64,000 nt of DNA from Minisyncoccota bacterium (GTDB lineage Bacteria > Patescibacteriota > Minisyncoccia > Phycocordibacterales > UBA9973): the NCBI GenBank assembly GCA_035510575.1, contig DATKGV010000008.1, forward strand, positions 68,618 through 132,617. The letters are read 5' to 3'. This document shows, one piece after another, positions 27,708 to 37,070 of the stretch (positions within the stretch are counted from its first letter, which is position 1; every line of letters starts with the position of its first letter). The notes under the pieces are model-generated. The model did no database searches. It saw only the letters and a list, made by a program, of their open reading frames with translations, and was not told the DNA's origin. The position numbers were made by a program, and so were the translations under genes.

Positions 27708-29408
27708 CTATTCCTCGTACAAATCAACCACGCTGCCGACTTCTTCATAAGAAGTGATGCCTTTTAGGACTTTGGCAATCCCGTCTTCCCGCATATCAAG
27801 CGATCCTTGATGAGATGCGACTTCTTTTATTTCCCGCTCGCTCGGATTTTTAGGTATTATTTCCTGAATTTCAGCGTTGTTATGAATGGCTTCAAATATT
27901 CCTATTCGCCCTTTATAGCCGGTATAATTGCATTCCGCGCAGCCGACGGCTTCATATATTTTAAACGGTTCCGATATGCTTACGCCATAATTGTTGAAAT
28001 CTTTCTTATGAGCCAGAGCATTATCAATAACTTTTTTAATAACTTTAAGTTCTTCATCTTTGGCTATTTTTTCTTTTTTACAGCTGGCGCAAAGTTTGCG
28101 GACCAAGCGCTGGGCGATAGATAAAGATAATGCCGAAACCAGAATTTTCGGATTAACTTCAAGGTCAATCAAGCGGGGAATAACCCCGGCGGCATTATTG
28201 GTGTGCAGAGTAGAGAAGACCAAATGCCCGGTTAGAGCCGATTCAACGGCGATTTTTGCCGTTTCGCTGTCGCGAATTTCGCCAACCATGATCACATCCG
28301 GATCTTGGCGGAGCGATGAGCGCAAACCTTCAAGAAAAGTGTAACCCTTTTCAGTATCCACTTGCGTCTGGGTAATGCCCGGCAGGTGATATTCTATCGG
28401 GTCTTCAATGGTTATTATTTTTATTTCAGTCGAATAAATCTTCTGCAAAAAAGAATAAAGCGTCGTGGTCTTGCCGGAGCCGGTCGGACCGGTCAAGAGG
28501 ATCATGCCATTCGGTTTTCTTATTTCCTGCATGAATATGTCGTAGAGCTTCGATTCGATGCCCATATCCTCCAATTTTATTTGGATTGTTTTTGGATTGA
28601 GTATTCTCATGACGATTGATTCGCCATAAGCCCCCGGTATCAGCGAAACACGCAAGCTAATCTCGTCTTTATCCAGGAATATGCTGAAACGGCCGTCTTG
28701 AGCTATGGCTGAAGATGTTATTTTAAGTCCGGAAATAAGCTTGATTCTGGAATTTATAAGCTTATGGACTGTCGGGGATATATCCATGACTGTATGCAGA
28801 ACTCCGTCCAGGCGGAAGCGCAAGCGGACGACATCTTTCTCCGGTTCAAAATGAAGATCCGAAGCATTGATAGCGATGGCGCCGGCCAGCGCAATTTCCA
28901 GTATGTGCGAAGTGGTGTGCGACTTGTCTTTTTCTGTTTCGATTATGGCGTTTTTTATATCATCAATATTATTAATGCCCTTCATTATTTTTTTAAGAGT
29001 TTCGCCCGATACGTCAATGCTGCCGGCTCTTGATTCCGAAGCATATGAAATTTCTTTGTAGCGTTCCCACGCCTTGGAAAGGCTGGCAAGGGAAGCCATA
29101 TAGAAATGCGGTTTATAGCCGTGATCCTCGAAATATGATTTCAATCTTTCTATTTTTTCCGGCTGCGGAGATCTTATGGCGATATGTATGTCTTTGCCGA
29201 GCACTTTAAACGGAGCAACTTCTTCTTTAAGTGCTTCTGCCTCCGGAATTGCGCGCAGAGCGTCATTGTCAATAGGAATACCGGCCAGATTAATCGGCGG
29301 TACGCCATATTTGGGCTCAGCTAGCGCTTGAACCAAATCCTCTTCCTCTTGCTTCCGAAGATCGGCAAGACCTTTAATCTCTTTATCATCATCAAACGAA
29401 ATAGCCAT
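27708..29408 (-). CDS. GspE/PilB-family secretion/type IV pilus assembly ATPase
   Basis: Walker A GPTGSGKTT, Asp box, Walker B (IMVGEIRD), His box, and tetracysteine motif CASC...CAEC; 566 aa with N-terminal GSPII-like domain. Confidence 0.8.
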   Translation of the reverse strand: MAISFDDDKEIKGLADLRKQEEEDLVQALAEPKYGVPPINLAGIPIDNDALRAIPEAEALKEEVAPFKVLGKDIHIAIRSPQPEKIERLKSYFEDHGYKPHFYMASLASLSKAWERYKEISYASESRAGSIDVSGETLKKIMKGINNIDDIKNAIIETEKDKSHTTSHILEIALAGAIAINASDLHFEPEKDVVRLRFRLDGVLHTVMDISPTVHKLINSRIKLISGLKITSSAIAQDGRFSIFLDKDEISLRVSLIPGAYGESIVMRILNPKTIQIKLEDMGIESKLYDIFMQEIRKPNGMILLTGPTGSGKTTTLYSFLQKIYSTEIKIITIEDPIEYHLPGITQTQVDTEKGYTFLEGLRSSLRQDPDVIMVGEIRDSETAKIAVESALTGHLVFSTLHTNNAAGVIPRLIDLEVNPKILVSALSLSIAQRLVRKLCASCKKEKIAKDEELKVIKKVIDNALAHKKDFNNYGVSISEPFKIYEAVGCAECNYTGYKGRIGIFEAIHNNAEIQEIIPKNPSEREIKEVASHQGSLDMREDGIAKVLKGITSYEEVGSVVDLYEE

Positions 29409-29515
29409 ATCGCCTTATTATATCGTATAAAATAGGCAATAAACATACTTGACAATTATCATCGTATATGCTATCATAACAGGATTAAAAGTTTTAAATT
29501 CAAATTAATTATTAA

Positions 29516-31117
29516 ATGAAAAATTTTATGAAAAAAGCAATATATTCTTTATTAGTAGCCGCATTTGTGCTGGCTGGCAGCAGCGCTTCGGCTTTTACTT
29601 TTACTACACCGGTATATCCTATATCGTATGCGTCAACATATACGCCGGCATACACATACAGCTGTTATCTAAATCTTACAGCTAACGGCTCTTCATCCTC
29701 TATTTCCGTGTCATACGGTTCGCCAGTCGTATTATCTTGGAGCACAAGCGGCTGCAGTTCGGCCAGCGTCATAGGCCCGGGCGTTAATAGCGGCAACTTG
29801 AGCAATACGGTAACTATTTATCCTGCAAGTTCGTCCCAGTATGCGATCACGGCATATGATTATAATGGAACCCAGCAAACCCAATCTGTTTATGTTTCAG
29901 TAATTCAAAATCAATACAATGCGTACCCTTATACATATCCATATAATTGCTCTATTTCAAGCTTCAGCGCAAGCCAGACCTATGTTACCTCCGGCTACCC
30001 AGTTACTCTTTCTTGGAGCACCAGCAATTGCTATTCGGTGAGTATCTCAAACATCGGAAATGTTTCAACTTATGGCAGCAAGGTCGTTTATCCGGCATAC
30101 AACTCCGGCAATTATGTCCTAACCGCCTATGGATCAAACGGCGTCAGCCAGACGCAATCTGTTTATATAACAGTGCAGAACAATAATGTTCTCGCTTATA
30201 ATTATGCAAACACCAATGTTGTCACAACTGTTGCAACAAATATCTCAAAAACCTCCGCCCAATTAAATGGCCTTATTACAAATCCTAATTATTACAATAC
30301 TAATGTGTATTTCGAATATGGCACGACGGTTAATCTTGGATTAAGAACTGCTTCCATGCTGGCTAATGGCAATTCCTCATTCAGTGAGAATCTGACCGGC
30401 CTTGCTTCTGATACAATTTACTATTTCCGCGCGGTCTCTCAGGGCTCAAATGGAACATATTTCGGCACCATTGAAATCTTCCAAACTCCAGGCGTTGCAG
30501 TACCCGCCAAGCAAGTTGTAGTTCAAGGACCTACGGTTACAGGCGAGAAGTCCCCGATAATGCTCAAGATTGAAAACAAGTATGAATCAATAAGCGAAGG
30601 CGATACTGTTGATTACACCGTTTCTTATAAGAACATAGGCAAGACGACATTAGTTCATCCGATGCTTCAAGTTGTTGCGCCAAAAGGCATTACTCTGACA
30701 AACTCTTCAAGCGGCACATACTCAAGCGATACCAATACTCTTACCATTCCGCTTAATGATCTTGCCAATAATGCAAATGACGTGATATATGTGCAGGGAA
30801 AAGTCAGCGGCATACCATCCGGCACTTCGCAAGTTGTGACGACAGCGCTTCTTGTTTACACTAATGCAAATGGCGCTCAAGAAAATGCCATGGCTTATGC
30901 GCTCAACAAAATAAAAGACAATGCTTCCAGCAATACTTTGACCGCTTCGGCATTCGGCAGCGGAATCTTTCCCACAAGCTTAATCGGCTGGCTGATAATA
31001 ATTATCTGCATTATGGGAATTGTATTTATCGCCCGCAAAATTAGCGCTCAATCAAGAGCTAATGCTTATAATAATTCTCACACCCCATTGCCACCAAACA
31101 ATATTCCAACTCATTAA
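29516..31117 (+). CDS. secreted, C-terminally membrane-anchored surface protein with two Ig-like repeats
   Basis: Signal peptide (LLVAAFVLAGSSASA); two repeats (PVVLSWSTSGCSSASV...NGTQQTQSVYVSV / PVTLSWSTSNCYSVSI...NGVSQTQSVYITV) sharing the LxW..C...GxxxYxLTxxxxNG pattern with the 1809..3281 repeats; C-terminal TM LIGWLIIIICIMGIVFIARKI. Confidence 0.5.
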   Translation: MKNFMKKAIYSLLVAAFVLAGSSASAFTFTTPVYPISYASTYTPAYTYSCYLNLTANGSSSSISVSYGSPVVLSWSTSGCSSASVIGPGVNSGNLSNTVTIYPASSSQYAITAYDYNGTQQTQSVYVSVIQNQYNAYPYTYPYNCSISSFSASQTYVTSGYPVTLSWSTSNCYSVSISNIGNVSTYGSKVVYPAYNSGNYVLTAYGSNGVSQTQSVYITVQNNNVLAYNYANTNVVTTVATNISKTSAQLNGLITNPNYYNTNVYFEYGTTVNLGLRTASMLANGNSSFSENLTGLASDTIYYFRAVSQGSNGTYFGTIEIFQTPGVAVPAKQVVVQGPTVTGEKSPIMLKIENKYESISEGDTVDYTVSYKNIGKTTLVHPMLQVVAPKGITLTNSSSGTYSSDTNTLTIPLNDLANNANDVIYVQGKVSGIPSGTSQVVTTALLVYTNANGAQENAMAYALNKIKDNASSNTLTASAFGSGIFPTSLIGWLIIIICIMGIVFIARKISAQSRANAYNNSHTPLPPNNIPTH

Positions 31118-31124
31118 AAGTTAA

Positions 31125-31163
31125 AATAATCGCCCCGCGGGAGCTTCCGCGGGGCGATTTATG
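31125..31163 (+). terminator. rho-independent terminator
   Basis: atcgccccgcggg-agcttc-cgcggggcgat GC-rich hairpin followed by tttatg. Confidence 0.5.
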
Positions 31164-31176
31164 TTAATATATCCCC

Positions 31177-31617
31177 ATGAAGGCAATAATGACTTTAGAC
31201 AAATTAGATAAAATAGCAAAATCGCTTCTAGAAAAAGCTATTAAATCAAAATCAAAAACGGCAACCGTTATTGCTCTTCATGGCGAACTTGGCGCCGGCA
31301 AGACAACGCTTACTCAAGAAATTGCGCGACTGCTTGGCATAAAAGAAAATCTGATTTCGCCGACATTTGTGATAATGAAGAAATATGCAATCAGCAAAAA
31401 TAAAAACTTCAAATACTTGATTCATATAGACGCGTATAGATTAAATTCCGGAAAGGAATTATTAAATCTCGGCTGGCAGGAATTATTTGAAGATAAAGAT
31501 AATCTAATTATCGTAGAATGGCCAGAAAAAGTCCTAGAATGCCTAGTTGGTGATATTTGCAAAGTCAGTTTAAAACACAAAGACGACAAAACCAGAGAAC
31601 TTGAAATTCTGGTATAA
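31177..31617 (+). CDS. tsaE: tRNA threonylcarbamoyladenosine biosynthesis ATPase TsaE (YjeE)
   Basis: LHGELGAGKTTLTQEIARLLGI Walker A, SPTFVIMKKY, HIDAYRL motifs characteristic of TsaE. Confidence 0.65.
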   Translation: MKAIMTLDKLDKIAKSLLEKAIKSKSKTATVIALHGELGAGKTTLTQEIARLLGIKENLISPTFVIMKKYAISKNKNFKYLIHIDAYRLNSGKELLNLGWQELFEDKDNLIIVEWPEKVLECLVGDICKVSLKHKDDKTRELEILV

Positions 31618-31624
31618 TTAAATA

Positions 31625-34030
31625 ATGGCGAAAGATTCTAATACAAAAGAAAAGCTGGTACTGCTTGATACGCATGCGATTATTCATCGCGCGTATCATG
31701 CCTTGCCTGAATTTATGAATTCAAAAGGCGAACCGACTGGGGCACTGTACGGCTTGGCGACAATGCTATTTAAGATTATCAATGATTTGAAGCCCGATTA
31801 CATTGCGGCTTGTTTTGATTTGCCGAAAAAGACCTTCAGACATGAAGCATATAAGGATTACAAAGCTGGCCGGGCCAAAGCCGATGAAGCGCTGGTTGCC
31901 CAGCTTATCCGCTCGCGAGAATTTTTCAAGGCCCTATCCATCCCGATGTATGAATGCGAAGGATTTGAAGCCGACGATCTACTTGGCACAATTTCTGAAC
32001 AGGTAAAAAGTAATAAAAAACTTGATGTAATAATTGCTTCGGGCGATATGGATACGCTTCAACTTGTCGATGATGATCATGTACAAGTTTACACACTAAA
32101 GAAGGGAATCAATGACACTATTTTATATGATGAAAAAGCGGTAAAAGAAAGATTTAGTTTTGAGCCGAAATATCTTCCTGATTACAAAGGGCTTCGCGGC
32201 GACCCGTCTGACAATATTATCGGCGTCAAGGGAATAGGGGAAAAAACGGCGACAACGCTTATTTCCAGATATGGCACTATTGAAAAACTGTATGAAGAAA
32301 TCAAGAAGAATCCCAAAAAAGTAGAAGAGCTCGGAATAACCGACAGAATATTAAATCTTTTGAAAGAGAATGAAGATGAAGCGCTGTTTTCCAAGACCTT
32401 GGCGACTATTCGCCGCGATGCTCCGATTGAATTTGAGCTGCCCAAGGATAAATGGAAAGAGCAAGTTGAAACGGAAAAAGTCGCGCAATTTTTCCGTGAT
32501 ATGGAATTTAAGAGCTTGCAAGGGAGATTCTTGGATTTATTAGATAGTAAAAAAGTTTCTTCTCCCCTTATCAAGAAGGAGACGCAGAGGGGGTCTGAAG
32601 AATTATACTCTGATTCTGAAAAATTAAAAATCTCTGAAGCAAAAATAGCGCTTTGGCTTTTAGATTCTGAAAAAACTGATCCTAATCTTGATGATGTGAT
32701 TCATTATAAAAAAAGCAAGTCATTAGATGAAGCATTTGCAAAACTGGAATCTGATATTAAAAAAGAAAACCTGACTTATGTTTACAGGGAAATCGAAATA
32801 CCAATCATACCCATAATAGAAAAGATGGAAAAATGCGGAATTATGATCGATGTTGATTACTTGAAAAAGCTTTCCAAAGAATATCACGCCAATTTAACCA
32901 AAATAGAACATGATATCTGGAAGCAATCAGGAATGGAATTCAATATTAATTCCCCGAAACAGCTTGGAGAAGTTTTGTTTGATAAGCTCGGAATTTCTGT
33001 GAAGGGGATGAAGAAATCAGCAGGCGGCGCCCGTTCCACCCGTGAAAGCGAACTTGAAAAAATAAGCGATCTTCACCCGATAATCAAGGAAATTTTAAAA
33101 TATCGCGAATTGCAGAAATTGCTTTCCACCTATATAGACACGATACCGAACCAAGTTGCGAGCGATGGGCGCCTTCATGCGCATTTCATACAAACCGGCA
33201 CGACAACCGGACGCTTCGCTTCCAATAATCCGAATCTGCAGAATATTCCCATCAAAACGGAGCTTGGCAAAAACATTCGCAATGCTTTCATCGCCCAGCC
33301 CGGATATGTGCTCGCATCTTTTGATTATTCGCAGATAGAGCTTCGAGTAGCGGCGCTGATGTCGCAAGACCCTTACTTCATACAGGCCTTTAAAGACGGC
33401 AAAGATATTCATGCCGCAGTTGCCATGAAAGTTTTCGGCGTTAAAGAGAATGAAGTCACTCACGATATGAGGCGAAGAGCCAAGGTGATAAATTTCGGCA
33501 TTCTCTACGGCATGGGCATAAACGCGCTAAAGCAAAATCTCGGCGCGGATCGCAAGGAGGCGCAGATATTTTACGATAATTACTTCGCTCAATTTCCAAC
33601 GATTGCCAATTATCTTGAAAGCATTAAAAACTTCGCCAAAAAAAACGGCTATACCGAGACCCTTTTCGGGCGCAAAAGATATTTCCCGGGAATTCATTCA
33701 ACGCTTCCTTACATGCGCGCCATGGCTGAACGCATGGCAACCAATGCGCCTATCCAAGGCACAGCTACGGCCGATATCATAAAGATCGGCATGAAAAAAG
33801 CGGAAGATGATCTGGTGAAAGCGGGGATTATAAACGAAACGCGGCTTGTATTGCAAGTGCATGATGAGTTGGTTTATGAGATCAAGAAAGACAAAGTGGA
33901 GCAAGCCATGAAAATAATTGAAAGCGCCATGAAGAGCGCAATTCCAAGCGAATTTTTGGAAAACTTGGAACCGGTGCCTCTTTTGGTGTCATCCGGCTTC
34001 GGGCGGACTTGGGGCGATCTGAAGCAGTAG
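31625..34030 (+). CDS. polA: DNA polymerase I (5'-3' exonuclease + polymerase; reduced 3'-5' exo region)
   Basis: N-terminal FEN-like domain (LLDTHAIIHRAYHAL, GDPSDNIIGVKGIGEKTA), polymerase motif A (DYSQIELR), motif B (RRRAKVINFGILYGMG), motif C (QVHDELVYE); 801 aa. Confidence 0.85.
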   Translation: MAKDSNTKEKLVLLDTHAIIHRAYHALPEFMNSKGEPTGALYGLATMLFKIINDLKPDYIAACFDLPKKTFRHEAYKDYKAGRAKADEALVAQLIRSREFFKALSIPMYECEGFEADDLLGTISEQVKSNKKLDVIIASGDMDTLQLVDDDHVQVYTLKKGINDTILYDEKAVKERFSFEPKYLPDYKGLRGDPSDNIIGVKGIGEKTATTLISRYGTIEKLYEEIKKNPKKVEELGITDRILNLLKENEDEALFSKTLATIRRDAPIEFELPKDKWKEQVETEKVAQFFRDMEFKSLQGRFLDLLDSKKVSSPLIKKETQRGSEELYSDSEKLKISEAKIALWLLDSEKTDPNLDDVIHYKKSKSLDEAFAKLESDIKKENLTYVYREIEIPIIPIIEKMEKCGIMIDVDYLKKLSKEYHANLTKIEHDIWKQSGMEFNINSPKQLGEVLFDKLGISVKGMKKSAGGARSTRESELEKISDLHPIIKEILKYRELQKLLSTYIDTIPNQVASDGRLHAHFIQTGTTTGRFASNNPNLQNIPIKTELGKNIRNAFIAQPGYVLASFDYSQIELRVAALMSQDPYFIQAFKDGKDIHAAVAMKVFGVKENEVTHDMRRRAKVINFGILYGMGINALKQNLGADRKEAQIFYDNYFAQFPTIANYLESIKNFAKKNGYTETLFGRKRYFPGIHSTLPYMRAMAERMATNAPIQGTATADIIKIGMKKAEDDLVKAGIINETRLVLQVHDELVYEIKKDKVEQAMKIIESAMKSAIPSEFLENLEPVPLLVSSGFGRTWGDLKQ

Positions 34031-34062
34031 CGAAAATTTATTGCGAATGATAGGATTATCAT

Positions 34063-34560
34063 ATGGAAGAAGATATAAATACAAAGGTCAGCGATGATAA
34101 TGTCCGCCATGGCATGGTTCATTTCGTGCTCTCGCATTCATATGTTGTCTTTCTGATGGCAATCGTTTTAGGTGCCATTTTCAATATAATTTACAATTTT
34201 AATATTTTCTTGAATCCGATTTATCAATATATCGGCCTGATTATGATCATGCTCGGATCATTCTTGATATATTGGTCGCAATCGACGTCAAGATATATCA
34301 AAGAAAATACGGAACACGGTGTTATTTATAATTTTGAAGGCGGTCCGTATAAATACAGCCGCAACCCGACTCATATAGGCGTTGCCATAATGACGCTTGG
34401 CCTTGGACTGTTAGTTAATTCGCTGTTTATTATTATTTTTGTGATTGCCGCCTACATTGTGACCGGCCTTATTTTCTTGAAAGCGGAAGAAAAATTGCTT
34501 GAACAAAAATACGGGCAGAAGTATTTGGATTATAAGAATAAAGTCAAAATTTGGCTATGA
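34063..34560 (+). CDS. isoprenylcysteine carboxyl methyltransferase (ICMT/PEMT)-family membrane methyltransferase
   Basis: 4-5 TM helices and the family motif around YKYSRNPTHIGVAIMTLG (RxPxYxG) with C-terminal EE..L...G..Y..Y. Confidence 0.45.
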   Translation: MEEDINTKVSDDNVRHGMVHFVLSHSYVVFLMAIVLGAIFNIIYNFNIFLNPIYQYIGLIMIMLGSFLIYWSQSTSRYIKENTEHGVIYNFEGGPYKYSRNPTHIGVAIMTLGLGLLVNSLFIIIFVIAAYIVTGLIFLKAEEKLLEQKYGQKYLDYKNKVKIWL

Positions 34561-35189
34561 TTCATATTCTTTACGGCAATGATGTGAAAAGCAAAAATGC
34601 TTGCTTGAAAAAGCTTGCTGGTAAGAACGAGTCATTTTTTTTTACACCAACTAAAATATCGAAAGAAATGCTTTATGATTATGCCGGCAATATAAGCTTG
34701 TTCGGCGGATCGCCGATTGTAATTATTGAAGGGCTGATTTATCAAAGCGATATGGAGCTTTCGCCGAAAGATTTGAATATTTTGAAAAATTCGCCGGCAA
34801 CTTTTATTTTGATTGAAGATAAGCTGTTGGCTGCAGATATAAAAAAATATGACAAATATGCCGAGATAAAATCTTTCGAGCAAAAAGTTGCAAAGCAAAT
34901 TCCCAAAGTTAATATTTTCGATCTGGCCGATGCCTTCGGGCGCAAAGATAAGATAAAAGCATGGATGCTCTACAGGGAGAGCATTTTGGCCGGCATGGAG
35001 CCGGAATCCATTTCGGGAGTCCTGTTCTGGAAGATAAAGGCAATGATGCTGAATGGAACTAGGGTTTTTAGCGCAGACAGCTTGATGCGCAAATCAGGAG
35101 AATTAGTATCAATTTATCATGAAGCCCACATGGGGGAGTGCGATTTCGTCATCGGGCTTGAACAGTTCATTCTTTCGTCATTATCATAA
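34551..35189 (+). CDS. possible DNA polymerase III delta subunit-like protein (short)
   Basis: N-terminal IHILYGNDVKSKNACLKKL resembles the HolA N-terminus and a C-terminal helical region; only 212 aa, so the call is tentative; overlaps the upstream gene by 10 nt. Confidence 0.3.
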   Translation: MAMIHILYGNDVKSKNACLKKLAGKNESFFFTPTKISKEMLYDYAGNISLFGGSPIVIIEGLIYQSDMELSPKDLNILKNSPATFILIEDKLLAADIKKYDKYAEIKSFEQKVAKQIPKVNIFDLADAFGRKDKIKAWMLYRESILAGMEPESISGVLFWKIKAMMLNGTRVFSADSLMRKSGELVSIYHEAHMGECDFVIGLEQFILSSLS

Positions 35190-35208
35190 TAAATGATATA
35201 ATAGAGCC

Positions 35209-35454
35209 GTGGAACCTATTTTAAAGTCGGAAATATTTTTCTTCATAAGTTCAATTTTTGTCGCGATTTTAACAGTCGTTTTGATTTTTTTCGGATATTA
35301 TCTTATAAAAGCAATGAAAAATTTTTCCGAGATATCTGAAAAATTGAAAAATACTGTAAACAGCACTGAAAAAGAATTGCACGATATGAGCATGCATGTC
35401 AGAGAAAGCCCTATTTTCAATTTTATCTTCGGCAAGAGGAAAAATAAAAAATAA
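35209..35454 (+). CDS. small membrane protein
   Basis: 81 aa with one TM (IFFFISSIFVAILTVVLIFFGYYLI). Confidence 0.3.
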   Translation: MEPILKSEIFFFISSIFVAILTVVLIFFGYYLIKAMKNFSEISEKLKNTVNSTEKELHDMSMHVRESPIFNFIFGKRKNKK

Positions 35455-35504
35455 TTATTAAATTAATATGAAATGATGAAAAAATATGTCATTTCAATAA
35501 AAAT

Positions 35505-35897
35505 ATGAGTAATAAAAAAGGTATGAGCACAGATGCTATGATAGGCGCAGGAGCCACTATAGCGGGATTATCGGCAGCAGCATATTTGCTATTCGGCCCA
35601 AATGGAAAGAAGAACCGCAAGGCAATTCGAAGCTGGGCGGTAAAGATGAAAGGGGATATTATTGAAAAATTTGAAGAAACAAAGGAAATAACCGAACCGG
35701 CTTATCATAAGATTGTTGATGAAGTCAGGGATAAATATTCCCAGTTTCAGAATGTTGATAAAAATGAGCTTGAAGAGCTGGTCGCAGATATTCGCAAGCA
35801 TTGGAAGGCGATAGCCAAAGATGCCAAGCCAAAAAGCAAGAAGCCGAAAGCTAAAGCAAAATCAAAGAAAAAAGCAAAGTCCAAATCAAAAAAATAA
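35505..35897 (+). CDS. small protein with histone-H1-like Lys/Ala-rich C-terminal tail
   Basis: 130 aa; C-terminus KPKSKKPKAKAKSKKKAKSKSKK. Confidence 0.35.
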   Translation: MSNKKGMSTDAMIGAGATIAGLSAAAYLLFGPNGKKNRKAIRSWAVKMKGDIIEKFEETKEITEPAYHKIVDEVRDKYSQFQNVDKNELEELVADIRKHWKAIAKDAKPKSKKPKAKAKSKKKAKSKSKK

Positions 35898-36274
35898 TCT
35901 AAACAAAAAGAAAAGGCCTAAGAGCCAATCCTCAATCAAACTAAACTGATTAAGAAGAAACTCTTAGGCCTTTGACTTTTAATAAAGAACATTTTCGCAT
36001 CTGTTTAATTTAATGGCAATTAGAAGCGAAATCTTTTTCATATATAATCATTCCCGATTTATGTGCCCCTCTATCTTGGGTAGTAAGTGGATGAATTACA
36101 ATGAAAACAACTTGCTCGCATTATACAACAAAAACACTGCTTATCAAAATAAGGTGGGGATAACCCCCACACCTATATTTTAAAAAAGGACGGTAGAGTG
36201 CTCTCTCAATTAAAGATTAGAATTTCAAAAAGCCTGCAATAAAAATATAGGTGTGGGGGATAACTATAATTTTG

Positions 36275-36347
36275 TCCTCTCGGCAGGAATCGAACCTGCG
36301 ACCATCTCCTTAAAAGGGAGCTGCTCTACCGACTGAGCTACGAGAGG
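36275..36347 (-). tRNA. tRNA-Lys (anticodon TTT)
   Basis: The minus-strand sequence folds as a cloverleaf: 7-bp acceptor stem CCTCTCG/CGAGAGG, D-loop AGTCGGTA, anticodon loop CTTTTAA and T-arm GCAGG-TTCGATT-CCTGC; CCA is not encoded. Confidence 0.75.
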
Positions 36348-36357
36348 AATTAAATAT

Positions 36358-36882
36358 GTGATACACTCAAAAGTATCATATATTATGATAAAAATCAACA
36401 AAGTTCGCAATAAAACAAAAGCTATTTTGATACTCTTTGACATTCGTAGCGCCATTAATGTCGGGGCGATTTTTAGGACGGCAGATGCGGTTGGTATTGA
36501 GAAGATATATTTGGTTGGAACCACTCCAACTCCAATTGATCAATTTGGCAGGATTCAGAAAGATATAGCCAAAAGCGCTCTAGGTGCTGAGAATTTTGTT
36601 AAATGGGAATATAAAAAAAACTTATCAGTAATTATTACTAAATTAAAAAGGGAAGGTTACAAAATTATTGCCATTGAACAGAATAAGAAATCAATAGATT
36701 ATCGCAAAATTAAAATCCCTGCAAAAGTTGCATTTATGTTAGGGCCTGAAGTTGGGGGATTGAATGAGAAAATATTGGGCAAATGCGATTTAATAGCTGA
36801 AATACCGATGCACGGCAAGAAAGAATCTCTGAATGTATCGGTCGCTTGCGGAGTGGCGCTGTTTCGAATTTTAAGAAATTAA
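36358..36882 (+). CDS. SpoU/TrmH-family RNA 2'-O-methyltransferase
   Basis: SPOUT motifs: AIEQNKKSIDY, AFMLGPEVGGL, IPMHGKKESLNVSVACGVALF. Confidence 0.6.
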   Translation: MIHSKVSYIMIKINKVRNKTKAILILFDIRSAINVGAIFRTADAVGIEKIYLVGTTPTPIDQFGRIQKDIAKSALGAENFVKWEYKKNLSVIITKLKREGYKIIAIEQNKKSIDYRKIKIPAKVAFMLGPEVGGLNEKILGKCDLIAEIPMHGKKESLNVSVACGVALFRILRN

Positions 36883-37070
36883 TTACTGCTCTTTAATTGC
36901 CCGGACCGTAAACTTGGCCGGGAGCAGATGCGTCATTGAGAGATTTTATAAACGGCTTCTTTGCGCTGTCGTTCTTTGCTCCTCCCATAAAAACCCATAT
37001 TATGAAAATAGCTAGCAGAAAAAGCAGAACCTCAAGGCCGAAATGCATTTCCCCTTTATTGAAGCTGATA

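Noticed and set aside
35898-35985. Long-loop hairpin aaaggcctaagag...ctcttaggccttt after the Lys-rich protein gene as a possible ncRNA
   Set aside because: A 13-bp stem with a ~40-nt loop and a weak T-tract. It is most simply a terminator-like element and too little to call an RNA gene.
36264-36524. Minus-strand 86-aa ORF overlapping tRNA-Lys and the start of the SpoU gene
   Set aside because: It contains the tRNA sequence itself (…VAQSVEQLPFKEMVAGSIPAERTKL is a translated tRNA); not a gene.
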